A DNA stretch of 64,000 nt from Paramecium tetraurelia (Eukaryota), in the NCBI GenBank assembly GCA_000165425.1, contig CT868006.1:186001-250000 (forward strand), in the 5' to 3' direction. Position 1 is the stretch's first letter. The number at the start of each line of letters is the position of its first letter. Below the pieces are notes generated by a model that was given only the letters and a program-made list of their open reading frames with translations, did not search any database and was not told where the DNA came from. Positions 28,257 to 41,627 of the stretch are shown here, in pieces. Position numbers and translations under genes: made by a program.

Positions 28257-28768
28257 ATGCAGATTCAATCTGAGTACACATTTAACTTTGATTGGGAGAC
28301 TGTAGTTAAAGGCTTCTGGAGGAAGTATCCATGCAAAGAATTCGATTTCATCAAGTTCAATCAAGTTGTAGATATGATGCTTAATGACAATAATACTATG
28401 TCCATTAAGAGAATCGTATGATCTCATTCTATCTAAATTTAGGTCTACGCTCGCAAATTCATGGTTTGGTGTTTGACTCTGGAAGAGATCACCTTTGATA
28501 TTGAGAATAGAAGCATGTAGATGCAAACTAAATTACTGAAAGCCTGCAAGTATTATCCCAACCTTTCAGGAGACGAGTCAATCATTTATAAAGCAATAGA
28601 CGATCAAAAAACTCATTACTCTGTATATAAGCATCATTTAAATAGAAACTATTGTCCAATTTCCATCAAACCTTTGTGACTAAATTGTTATCTCAATTCA
28701 ACAGTTCATTTAAAAAGGGCGTTGAGGTAGTCGAAGCTAGATGTAGAGAACTTTAAAACAAATAATGA
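28257..28768 (+). CDS. PRELI/MSF1-family lipid-transfer protein
   Basis: MQIQSEYTFNFDWETVVKGFWRKYP start is typical of PRELI domains; C-terminal FNSSFKKGVEVVE; two introns. Confidence 0.82.
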
Positions 28769-28818
28769 CAATAAATAAATTTTTAACTATTAATCAATTA
28801 TTATTATTATAATATTTT

Positions 28819-31800
28819 ATGATCTAAAAGAAAAAACCCTAATTCCCACAAATTCAAGACGTCGACATAATGGATAAATTTCAGTCTAAGAAACAAATCA
28901 AAGCCATTCCGTATTCCCATAGCCAATCTATCCAGGAGGAGGATGAGCAGTCCTCCTCTTAGATCAATTTGTTTGGCCACTCTAAGCCGTCTTTCTTAAT
29001 GACTTTCCCTCAACAACCCAGAGATTGTCAAGGCAGTGAAGAAATAAAGGCTCCCACTATCATAACTAATTTGCTTTCCAACAAAAGTCAAGAATAACTG
29101 GCGATTAAAAAGGAGTGTCGATAACACAACCCTTTTAAATATCTAGATGAAAGCTCAGAGTTTTCATCTAAGATGAATTCAGTAAAAATACAATGCAAAT
29201 AATTATCTAGATACGCTCCATTTTTGAAGATAAAAAACCTTTATAAATTAATTAAGAGAGGGTTAAATTACTGGTTAATCAAATGAGAGTTAAATTTTTG
29301 AATTTAATTCATTATTCAAAATATAATGATCCTATCCTAACTCAAGAATATTAGGAACGTAAAAAATAATTCGTAATAAATTATAGTTTCGCCTCTAAAG
29401 TACCATTATTTCACCATGTATATATTTTTATCCACCACCTTATCAAACATACTTTCATGTACTTTTATTCCCCTTGTCCAATTCTTTGATGTCTCCTAAC
29501 TTACTACTATTATTTCTCAAATTGTGTATGGATTGACAAATCTAATCATTATCTAAGATTTGATTTTTCAAAGAGGCCCATACAAAATGTAGAGGGGAGT
29601 CATCAAAGTGGATTTCAAGGATAGCAATAAGAAATTACTTGACATTTTAAGAATGTTCTTTTTATCTTTTGCCGCTCTCATTGAAATAGATGAGAGGATT
29701 AAATTAGTGTCAGTCTTACTAATGATGCTATTCTAATTCATAAGATAGGCAGAAAATTTTGAAAATATCTATAGATCCACTCATCATTTCATTTTTATAC
29801 TTTAACTGTGGATATCGATCATAATCTCCTTCAGTTGCATCTACTAAGGTATTTATGCAGAATAATAAGAGTTTCTCATTAAGAAGAAGATCCGAATCTC
29901 TACTTTTGTCTTACTCTTGCCGTCTCTCTATTGACTCATAGTGGAACTATTTGTAAAAAGATATATTAGCATTTTAGAGGTTGAAGCCACAAATAAAAAT
30001 GCTTTTCTGATATCCTTTTACATGATTATATGTTATCTTTGTTTAGCATATACCACTATGATATTATATGTTTGGATGAAGCCAGAAATAGAAATTGAGG
30101 AGGAGAAATAAAAGTTACTTAAAGGATTTGTGGAAAGATTTAGAGAGAAATGCGAAAACGATGGACTTTTAAAGAGATGCTATTCCTATTTGGAATTCAG
30201 AATAGATGTAAATAGTATCGTAAATATTCTAGGAAGATTTAAACAAAACTAAGGATCAACTAACTAAGAAGCTCAGTCCTGAATTAGAGGATGAGATAGA
30301 TATATCCTTGAGATCAACCATGATAGATAAAATTGAATTGCTGAATAGATTCTCTCCTTAATTTAAATAATAATTGATTTATGAAATAGAATAAGTGACA
30401 TTTAATCCAGAGGACAACATTATAATTGTAAAATATGTTACTATTTAAGGAACATCAAATAGAGGATCTAGGGTTGTTTTACATATTAAAAGGATAAGTG
30501 AAGGTTCAATTTTAAGGTTCATCTTTTGGTAATAATAAAAGGGCAGTTACAACTTTATAAGAAGGTTCGACATTTGGATAGTATTCTTTTATCACAGGAA
30601 TTCCTTCAAATATTAGTATTTTCAGTTCTGGGGTAACAACATTGATGAAGATAAAGAGATCTGATTTCATTTAAACAATATCAAATTATCCATAGGACAA
30701 TGAAATATTTTGCACACTCAAAGACAATGCCTTTTATAATTAAAAGCTATTTGAATGTTATTATTGTAAAATCAGAGGGAATTACATAATAGAGTGTAGA
30801 CATTTATAATATTTTCCTTAAAGAATAAACACTATAGAAAAATATCTATATACAGCAAAGTAATAGAGAAGGTAATTCGTTAGAAAATTAAGAAAATATT
30901 TTGCATGGCAAGACATGAATCTAAATCAGGATAGAGCTAGATAATATGCTAATAAATAAAGCTAAGATTTTGTCTCGGATGAATTGCCAGAACCTTCTCA
31001 ATTACCATATTCTGAAAGTAAAGAATCCTTTAAATTAGATTAAACATACTAATCAGTAAGTTTCGTAAGTAATTCCTTGGCATAAAGAAATTAAAGTCCA
31101 GATTAATATCAATCAGTGAGCGAAAGTTTTGATCAATTTAATTTTGAATATGAATGCTCAGATGAATAAACTATCCATATCTAAGAGCCATAATCTAGAA
31201 GTATTAGTAAGAATTCCAATAAAACCACTTTAAAAACAGCAGGTTTCCCTATTAACGGTGAGCCAAATAACTAAGCAAGTGCAGGGAATAATATAACAGT
31301 CATAGAAAAGGATGATAGAGATATCTTAAATCAATTGCAAGAGGCTTAGATGAACAAAGATAGAACTATACTCTTCCCTGCAGTACGTAACAACAGTTAA
31401 AGCAAATAAAAATTTCAATACCTTAAAGAATCATCATAAGGAATCTTGCTAAAAGAGGATCATACTTATCAGTAATAATAATAGTAATAATAACTATCTC
31501 ATCCTACATTAAAATAATCCATTAGACAACCCTCAAGTAGGTCTTAAACATACTCGAATTCCTTGTCTAAGGATGTCTCCAATAATCCTTCATCCAATTC
31601 CAAATAAAATAAATCATAAAAATTATCTATGTAATATAGTTAAAGCAGATTCTAAGATTAATTAGGACTTAAGAAATAAAACAGTTCTAAATCTCTAAGT
31701 GATTAAAACAAATAAAACAATAATAGAAGTCTAAAATCAACCACTAGACAGAGCACTCCTAATTAAATTTCCTAGTTTCATGCTATCTCCACTCCAGAAG

Positions 31801-32058
31801 TAATATAAATTCTTACAATAGAACCAAGGATACTTCATTAACGATTTGTTATTCAATAATTTTGAAACTATGAAGGAGTATAAAATTTACTATCCTCATA
31901 ATAATTACGCTCAAGTTATTGATCGTTACATCAGGTTCTTAGATTCTAACCGATAAAACTAATTTAAAAGGAAAAAGCTAAATCATAGTACTCCTTATTC
32001 TATTAAATGCTTTGTTGCGTCTAAAATTAAAAGAGTTAAAAAGCTATTATAAAACTGA
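28819..32058 (+). CDS. Divergent cyclic-nucleotide-binding-domain cation (K+) channel-like protein
   Basis: Hydrophobic S1-S6-like region, C-linker-like RCYSYLEFRID..LSPELEDEI, cNMP-like segment, YPQDNEIFC and the C-terminal YKIYYPHNN motif seen in ciliate channel-family proteins. Confidence 0.72.
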
Positions 32059-32088
32059 CTAATTATTTAAATAAAAATAATTATTAAT

Positions 32089-32950
32089 TCAATTCGAGGA
32101 GGTTAGTTCTGACAAATGTTTTAGACTCTAATGATTTTTTTTATATAGTTCTCTAAGATATTAGCAATATCCAGTGCAGCTACTACTTTCATTGCAAAAG
32201 GTTTGAGTTTGAGTCTAAAATGATTATGTAAATGGTTTATGATAACACTCATTTTTTAATTAAGTTCTGGAGTACTTGAATCGATCATCTCTATTTGTAA
32301 AACTAGCAAATTGGTTTTCCCCATAGTACTTGTAGACTACTTTATCTTTGGTTGGTATATTTTTAATGAAGAATGTTTTAAGATATTTTGCTTTGAGATC
32401 TTCTACCTGCCTCTTCTTTTTGGCATCTATGGCAGTTCTAAAATTGAATTAAGTCTGAAAGCTGTCCAAAAGTTCTCTAACAGCAGCATCCTAAGCGGGA
32501 GATTGCTGAGGCAAATTATTATTGATTATATGATCCTTTACTGCTTATTTCGATTTAGCCAAAATATTTATTTGAATGTATTTGTTTTTTCTGGTTGAAT
32601 TCATTAATGTGAGTGGATCCTTGGGTATCTTTTCGAAGAAGGTGGGTGGTTACCTTTTTAATTTGTCAAATTTATGTTTCTTCTCATCTGATTTATTTTC
32701 TTATAATTGCAATCCCTCGGCAGTGGACAAATCTGTTCTAATAGGATTGTCATTGCTCTATGTTTGCAGTCTTTGATTCAGCAATCTAATAAGGAGATCT
32801 AATGTACTTCATCTTCATCCTTTCCTACAATGCATCAGTATTTTGTTATTGTATCATCAATTCTCTTTGAGAGCTCTGTCTTTGCAAGCCTAATGAGATA
32901 TTTCCAAATTCCACTTTTTTCATTATTGCTGGACATCTTTGAGTCAACAT
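32089..32950 (-). CDS. Hypothetical protein
   Basis: MLTQRCPAIMKKVEFGNISLG... code-6 frame with one intron; 3' end approximate. Confidence 0.6.
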
Positions 32951-33081
32951 GATGACAATAATTAAAACTTGAAAGATTATAAATATTAATTAAGTGATAT
33001 CTCTAATGGCAAATATATGAAAAAATTTGTTAATCAATTATGTTTCAATTGATTTAATAAGGTCAATATAGATTAATTTTA

Positions 33082-33657
33082 TCATTACTTAATCTTCATT
33101 TTTAATTCATGCAACTATTATTTCAGATCGTAGTTCTCTTTCAAAGCATCCTTAAAAGTCTAATTTGATATATTTTCTCAATAATTACTTGAGGTGGCAT
33201 TAAAGTATAGTTTTCACCAAACAATTCTCTTCGTTTATTTTAGATTTGCTAATATAACTATGTCCTCTCATTGAGAGGCGTAATGTATTGTTGCAAATCT
33301 TCTAAATGAGGGATGGATTGTTTTTTGATATTATATTGACTTAGTTCATTGTTTGTTTTCCTCTCCACCTCGATTTTCTTTTCAATGTCCTAGGATTCCT
33401 CTTCTAGGAGCATTTCCATATTTTTGGTCAATTCTTTAATTTATTCTAAATTCTCTCTTTTGACTTGGACTTATTCTCTCAATTGGAAGGATTGAAGCTT
33501 CATTAATTCAAGTCTTGCATTATATTACAAATACATACTGTTGCTTGACTAAAGCAATATCTTGAAATGATTGTATTCCTTAATGTTTGATCTCACAGAG
33601 ATCATCTAATTCTTTGGTCCTGATATCATCGTAACCCCATTTGTCGAAAAAGCTCAT
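33082..33657 (-). CDS. Hypothetical coiled-coil protein
   Basis: MSFFDKWGYDDIRTKELDDLCEIKH..., one 25-nt intron, ends MKIKQ*. Confidence 0.7.
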
Positions 33658-33866
33658 TTTGCTTATTTTTTAAATTTGGAATATTAATTTAACAATTATA
33701 TTAAGTGCTCTCGTTATTTTGAAAGATCAATACTACACCGAGAAATCAGCAAAAGGAAGGAATGGTCACTTTCTCTTAGGGAGATTAATTATAGGGGATG
33801 CGAGTTCTGGATATTGCAATTTTAATAGTAATTACAATTATCAATTTGAATAAAATTATTATAATA

Positions 33867-36763
33867 ATGGAAAAACATGGTGTAGCTTAATTATTTTTAA
33901 AGGAACTTCAAATATTTCTGGCTCTGCTGTTAGGTGAGAATTGCATTAGCTTAGGTCTACAACAATCAGAGGGGGTTGACTCCATACTACCAATAATTTT
34001 GAATTTTATTTCTGGATTAGCATTTTTCATAGTATAATACAAAGATTACAATAACGTCAAACTGTTTTGGAAATTGAAATTATTAATAATATTGATATAA
34101 GTATCTTTGAACGTGGAGACGAGTCAATATTGCTTGATCGTTGTTCATTTGCTGGATGATTAATTGTTGAAGGGTTTTATTTTGGCAACAGCTCTATTAA
34201 TAAACATAATACAAGATCAGGAAATAAATTACGTAACAACGATTCCAAATGCCATTTTGCTATTTTTCAATATCCTCTATTGGTTGGGGTTCTTTTTGGC
34301 GAACTGCTCGTACAACAAAGCTAGAAATGCCTACATTGATTAAGGATTTCAACAAAAGTCTCTTTAATGTATTGAAAATGTTGATATGTAGTGAAGGAGT
34401 CTATCAACAACAGAGATATTGGGAGCAGAGTTAATTAGCAGCAATCAATGATGCAAGAATTGAACCCACTGAAAATGGAATGCAATGAAGATGAGTAGAT
34501 TTTAAAACATGTGGCATGGATATAAAATCAATCAGTGTTGGTCTACAACAATAAGCTTAACATTGTTTATTAGAATATATTTTTAGGGAAATTGTTAAGG
34601 TAATCAACTTTAGACGAATAACAAACCTAATAATAATCAAAGCCTGATTATGAAGAGCATTTTCTAAGTAGTTAGATATTGATGGGCAGTAAGGAATTGA
34701 CTGACATCAATAACAACAACGAGCAATCAGTCAATAGCGAGTATGTTTATCACAATATATAAATTCTTAAGTGGCTCCTTCCTCTTGAATAGGATGAATG
34801 ACTCTCACAAGTGCCGCTTGAATTCAAAACTCACAATACGCGACTTGATTTTGATGATGCATATTTAGTTCGATAAGTAGTTTACTTGGAATTAAAGAGA
34901 TGGTGCACGTGTATGGTTACTCTGTTTGCATTGAAGAGCGAAGTGCTCGACTTTGAAAATGTCCAAGTCAAAACTTTTGTGAATAAGATAAATGAGTCCT
35001 TCTATGTCTTTTTTCTCTTTGAATAGAAGCCAATTCAGCGGAAAACTATCGAGGGCAGCCTTCCAATAATCAACGTATTCACTACCTTTGTGCACGAGTC
35101 GGTAAGTTATATAAATTGTATTTTAACCCTTATCTTATTAACCCAAAGCGATTATGAGAACACTCTCAAAATATCACTCAAACAGAACTATTACACTCCC
35201 ATCAAACTCATTAGTCAGCGCTTCTTCCTCTTCGTTAACAACATGAGGGATTACATATTCTACATCTAGAATCAGTTGTTTCTGAGGATCTCAGCATTCA
35301 GAGTGAGTGATCTAGCCGAAGAGATATCAAACATCTTCGAGGACAATTTAAAGGTCAGAGATGTGAATTTAATAACCTCAATTGACTTGAGTGATAATAA
35401 TCAAGTGATATTCACTGATATGGATAGAGTAATTACATCATTTAATTAGTTAAAATAAATCTTAGCTTGTTTATTGACCTACTGTTTGAAGTACACCTCA
35501 GGATCATCCTTGAAATTGGACATCAAAAGTTATACTGTTAGTGGAATTATGATATCTTTTAAAGACAGCATGATAGCCAAAGACGAAGGACTCAGAAAGT
35601 CTATAACCAATTTAATAAAGACCTTGAATTCATCCCTCAAGACCTCCTCATTTTATTAGGTTGATCTCAATAACCTATTGGAACTACAAATTTGTGTTAT
35701 TTTATGTTGGCAATTAAGTGGCTCCTTTAAAAGAGGAATAGAGTTCCTTTATGATAGTTAAGGATATGGGACCTTCACTTTTGTCGTAGAATCATAAACC
35801 AGTCAATAGAGAATGCAGAGTCGTCAAGATACAGGCCCAATCAAGATCATTGGACAAAGGAAATATTATGAGACATCCCTATCCTTGTTGTTGGCCTAAG
35901 ACAGCAGTGGCTATAGAGAAGAATCAAAGTATAGATTTTTCGTAATTAGATATTACACGTTAAGTCAATTATCTAAGTAATTCTCTATGAAACCTGGGGA
36001 TGCTTTCGATGTTCAGAGTGCTTACTTCTCCTAAATCTCAAGAATCAAACAGGATTCCTCCAATTCCAAGTAGGTCTAAAATTCAGGTTCAGTTCCAAAG
36101 CAATCGAAAGAACAGAGCAACAGTCACTCTGGCACTTGGAAACAAGCCTTCCCAGATTCAGCCCAGCATACCTATAAAAAGAATAGGAATGAAAGAAGCG
36201 AATCTTAGTAGGATTCTGTTAAGACTCATTCTGCTTATGATTTGGGATTGGAGTAGAGCACTCCATCTATACATCCTCCTGAATTCACTCCCAAATTGCT
36301 TCCGTCTGTCATTAAGTATAGATTGAGACTCACATGTTGTTCCAAAGTCTTGATTGTTGATAACGATCATTATAGTGTGCTATCCTTATAGAAGGTATTG
36401 GAAAAATATAATATAAAATGTGACAAAGCATTCAATGGAGTGGAGGCTCAATAAATGATTTCAAATAAGTAAATTAAACCTTGTCGTTGTGGAAATAGGT
36501 CGTACTTGTTGTTTTTCATTGAATTTTATCTGCCTGTAAATATTTTATAAGGATTGTAGCTTTTTTCAGGAATTGAACTAGTGAAATTTCTGAAGGATGA
36601 GATGAAAAGTGGCTTGATTGATAAAGGGTTTGCAATAATAATTTCAACTTTTGTGGATTTGAACTCGAAATTGGATTGTTTTAAGAATGGGGCAGATTAC
36701 TTCATTGCAAAGCCTTTTGATTTGATAGATATCGGAGCTGCAGTTTAATATTTAGATTTTTGA
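33867..36763 (+). CDS. Membrane-bound hybrid histidine kinase-like protein (degenerate HATPase, pseudo-receiver)
   Basis: N-terminal TM helices; H-box-like FTTFVHESVSYINCI; N-box-like TDMDRLKQILACLLTYCLKYT; receiver KVLIVDND..CDKAFNGVEA..LLFFIEFYLP..GADYFIAKPF. Frame stays open with tiny introns. Confidence 0.85.
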
Positions 36764-36776
36764 TAGTTAATAAATT

Positions 36777-38061
36777 TCATATATCTTTAGATAAACAATT
36801 TGATCGTTTTCTGATCTCTATAGTTTTATCAAGTAAAAGTTCTAACTGTATATTCGTGCAGTGTTTCTTTTTTTTCGTATTCTTCATGAAGTCTATTTCA
36901 GAAGCCTTAAATATTTATTCATTCGGGGATAATGATACAAAAGTTGTATTGAACCAAATTTATAACATTTTGGACTCTGATACAATTGACTTTTAGAAGA
37001 TCTACAAGAGCACATCCCCTTAAAGGTATACACCATCAAAAGTGAAAATCACTTCCTTCTCTGATATAATCTGTGCTTTTTCTATCAATTGCTTGCTATT
37101 ATTCTACAATCGTATCAATGTTCCGTGGATCAAACCAACCAATCTTACTGAAAGCAACTCTACTTAAAGAAATGGCCTCTTGATTAGGTCGTTTTTCAAA
37201 GCAAAACTAAAATAATGAACATATCTAATCTAACTCGGAATGGTAACTCCCTTCTAATTCAAAGTACGAACTAGTCCATAATATGCTAAGGCATCTTGGC
37301 TTGAAACGTACTTACCACAGTATAGCAAATAACAACAAATCATCAATCCCGTTCGCCCCTTGCCAGCCTTACAATGGACTGCAATTACATTATTTGGATT
37401 AGACATCAACCAACTGTGCACCATAGCACAAAATTCAACTATCAAATTAAAAGGGGGTGCCTGATGATCGTCAAAAGGAAATTCAGCCACTTTAAAAAAT
37501 GATTCATGCTTATACTTTCTTTCTGAACATCTAAGTAGCAATCTAAATTTACAAATTGATGACCATATAGTTGTTGGGATGACGTGTATTTAAGAATTTC
37601 TACACCTCTGACATGGGATTCCTATAAATAGCTTCAAAATTCTCTGCAGGAAAACCCATTGCAATTAAATTGTCTTCAATATCTGGATTAGGTATTATTT
37701 ATTTACAAGTTAAATCCAAATTAAAACCATCCACCTTAAATCTTTTCTTCGATTTGGATACGATTTCCTTTATATAATCCCTCGAAAATGCTCTCTTAAC
37801 ATTCTTCATTACCTTCTCCGTAATTTCATCCGCATGATGTTGCAACACAGCAGTGTCGTTAATCCTTTGATCTATATGTCTATCGAATGATATTTCTATT
37901 GGAATTTATGTAATTGCCACCTCCACTTCACATTAATCAACACATTCTTATTTCATTTCTTGAAACTTCTAACTAATTAACGGACTTTCCAAAGATTCCT
38001 CATCATCACTAGAGATCCGATTAAGCGACGTTGTGTCTTCTATATCACACATTGAGATCAT
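36777..38061 (-). CDS. PTEN: PTEN-like phosphoinositide/dual-specificity phosphatase
   Basis: VSKSKKRFKVDGFNLDLTYI, IAMGFPA, FPFDDHQAP, HCKAGKGRTG, GVTIPSQIRYV. Confidence 0.92.
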
Positions 38062-39021
38062 TAATAAAATTTATTTCTTACTATTATATTAAAATACTTT
38101 TATAACTACCCACTTCGAAGAGTCTTTCTAAAACCCAAAATGCTTCAATCATTTAATACTCTTGGGTTTCATCTTCCTTACGAAAGAAAAGTGAGAGCGG
38201 TTCTTTTGTTTAAGGATGAATTTATGTGTTAAAAAGTATCATATATAATAACTATTCCTTGAAACAAGTGATCAATCTGACATTAATGAAATATAAATAG
38301 TTATCAAATGATAATCAATGTTATAAAGATTATTGATAGAAATCATGCTATGAAAACTGAATTATTCTAAGATACTCAAATATAATTTGAAATTTTTAAT
38401 AATTAACCTTCAACTAGTAGTTCATCTACAAATTTAATAGCTTTAATTTAACAATCTCTGATTCTTTGGTTTATATCTAGTTTTATTTATTTTAAATGAT
38501 AATTCTACTTCTAATTTTTGATATTTTTTTTGTAATTTTTGTTTTGATACATTACAGAAGCAAAATAAAAATGTATAGGTATCATATAAATGTTATAATC
38601 AATTAAATGGATGCAATTAAATAATCTATTATAATTGAACTTAGAAATTATTTGCAATAAAAGTTAATTATATTCATTTTTCTCAATGTTCTAATAATTT
38701 AAGACCATATTGCTTATGGGTTAATCATAGACAACTTAAGAAATTAAAATATTTATTTTATCATACATCATAATGAATTACTATTACTTTTCTCGATCAA
38801 AGTTATAATTTATGATATCTAATTAAGAGTTTGATTTTATTCTAACTTTTGTAAATAAATTATATTTGTTAGTAATATAAAAATCTATTAATTAAGTAAA
38901 ATGATAAGATTTTTAAGTTTTGATTTTCAATACATAAAGTTATAATACTTTTTCACAAAAGTTCATTACTAATTAATAATTATTGATTAAAAATTTTAAT
39001 AAATATTTTAACTATCTGTTA

Positions 39022-39288
39022 ATGGAGGTACAGCAATGCTTATCTTTCAGCTCTTTTCTCTTTATACCAAATTTAGATATGAGCATATAATCCATATTGA
39101 CACCGTAAACAAAACAAATTAAGTAATAATAAGAGGATTGTAAGTAAAGGGAGAAAGAAAATAAAACATTAAATGTTAAGTTCAAACTTTCAGATTTATT
39201 ACCGAATGATCAAAACATTACTTTATAAGAAATTTAAAATGATATCTAGCAGATAAAAAATAGATACATGAAATAGATTGTAAATTGA
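39022..39288 (+). CDS. Small hypothetical protein (88 aa)
   Basis: Intronless ATG-to-TGA code-6 ORF MEVQQCLSFSSFLFIPNLDMS...MKQIVN*. Confidence 0.45.
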
Positions 39289-39568
39289 CTATTCGGAAAA
39301 CTTATGATGTTATTTATAATTCTTATTATAAAATCTAATTAAAAATAATAATTCAGTTTTAGCCATTTTGATTATTGGTATTAAAAAGGATTCTAATATT
39401 TTCAATTATTTATTTTTGACATCCAATTTATTGAAGTGCATTTAAATATTCATCATGCGTATACATGATCTAAGATGTTTTTACATCTAAAATTATTAAA
39501 ACAATTTACAATTTTCTTTAAACATACAAATTTTTTGAGTAGGCTGCTTCTTCAAATTCATTGCCTAA

Positions 39569-40920
39569 TCAATCCATATTTAAGAACTTTAAATCACTTA
39601 ATGGTTCATTAAACCCTCTATTAAATTTAACCTATTAAATACCGAAAACACTTAGCTTAATTTCCTTATTTTCAGTTGGTAAGTACACTCTCTTAACTAT
39701 CTTTTTTGCAAATTAACAAGCTTCCAAAATAACAGTTGCATAATCTTGATATTTGTTACAATGATCGAGTAAAGTAATTAGTAATTTTTACACTGAGAGA
39801 TATACCTCGTGAGACACTTAGTAATTAGAAACATTTTTCTAATACTTTTCAGACGACACCTTAGACAGCACTTATTCTAAACAATATGTATAACTATATG
39901 GCAAAGCTACTTCCAACAATTCACTCAATTTCTTTATTACTTCATCCGTAATACTATTGTTTAGAAGAACATTGTGAAAGATCTTCTGATAACTTTGACT
40001 TTCTTCTGATATGTATTCAAAATTTTCTGAATCTTTGGATTTAATTTAATCGAAAATTGGTTTTTTCACTTTATTCAATAATTGGCTTTCTGGCTTAAAA
40101 TGAAGCTATTAATAAATATCTCTTTTAAGGACATCAAAGTCAATCTTGTCTATTGATATATTTTTCTATAATTGTTATTCCATAACACCATTATTTGGTT
40201 GGTGCTACTCTAGTTTTTAACTAATGCCTGTTAAATCGTATTACAAATTCCTGATTACTGAAATCTCAAATATGATAAACTTCATATGAGAATCCTATAA
40301 TAGGTTCTTTCTCTCTTATTCTAAATTGGAGAGCTTTAGTTAATAATTGATAACATCCTTACAACAGGCATCGATGAATTAGTTATAAATAGTAAGAAAA
40401 TTTTGAAAACTTAATTCACTAACTGCAATGCTCAATTTTTTCTTCTGCAATCTATTTAATTAATGTTATTTTTCTTCCTCAATTGCATTCCTAAATTCTG
40501 AAGTAAATTAATTCAGAGTTTATAAATTTTACTAATACTCCTTCTTATTTGCTAAGTTAAATTAGAGTATTTCCTTTTATAAATTATCTTGCTTAATCAA
40601 AAATTATTGTTATTCGCTTATTAAGGTATTATTTAACTACATGGCAAAGCATTTAGTTTATTCTGATTTAATAAGTAAATAACTTCTAAGAATTGTGTAT
40701 AACTCTGTCGTTCCGTCCTATTCATTGATTAATTTGGATATCTATAGACCTATAATATTCAAGATTTACTACCAATATTTTCAAGACTTTTCGAATAGGA
40801 TTCCTCCAATTTGAAGATTTATTATAATAAACCAATAAAACCTTAACTGGATTTCATTTTATCATTAAGCATTTTCTAATAGGATTCGAGATGCTCAGCT
40901 ATCTCTTTATACCAACTCAT
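39569..40920 (-). CDS. Hypothetical helical protein
   Basis: MSWYKEIAEHLESYQKMLNDKMK... long code-6 frame; 3' end approximate. Confidence 0.6.
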
Positions 40921-41627
40921 AAATATAATTTTCAGAATAAAAATAACTGAATATATTAATTCCTTTATAATTGAATAATTATAATTAAATAAACAATCAA
41001 TTTCAATAAAAAACAGTAGAGATTATAATAAATAGAGTTAGTTTTATTCACTCTTTAGAACTTACCTTGAAAAAAAGTAGTATGAAATGTATTCTAAATA
41101 AAATTTAATTAATTAAGAGTTTATAACTATAGAAATATTGTTTAATTTGATATAAAACCTTGATGGATAAAGGGTTAGAAGCCTATTATGGTTTTAATTC
41201 AAAATAAATAAATAATTTTTTTCATCTATTTTATAATATTATATCATTATTTTAATAAATTAAAATAAATTAAGTAGTTCTTATTATTATTTTAAAGAAT
41301 AGAAATACCTGTTGGGAATAACATCATTTAATCAATTTTTTTAATATCTTTGTTAATATATTTCATTTTCATGGGTTTGTTCTTATGACTCAATAATTCA
41401 TATTATTTTAACATTACTCTATTTATCATTCGATCTATGCTAAGTTCCTCTTATTTTAATGAGTTCAACATCAATTTAGCCTGTTCTTTAGTTATTTTTA
41501 CTGTTTATTTTCGAAAATTACTCGATAATCCAAATTAGTATTATTTATAAATAGAATATTTTTTTCAATTTGCATTTTTATACTGTATAGAATATTATCT
41601 TTTCCTATATATTTAATTGTTTAAACA

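Noticed and set aside
34360..34940. Apparent in-frame TGA codons in the histidine-kinase-like gene (possible selenocysteine or readthrough)
   Set aside because: Canonical tiny introns (gtattgaaaatgttgatatgtag and gtatggttactctgtttgcattgaag) remove them or shift the frame past them.
38100..39000. Long AT-rich gaps (also 13300-14300 and 41000-41600) as possible retained IES or transposon remnants
   Set aside because: No terminal inverted repeats or transposase fragments were recognised, and an IES cannot be called without a MIC/MAC comparison.
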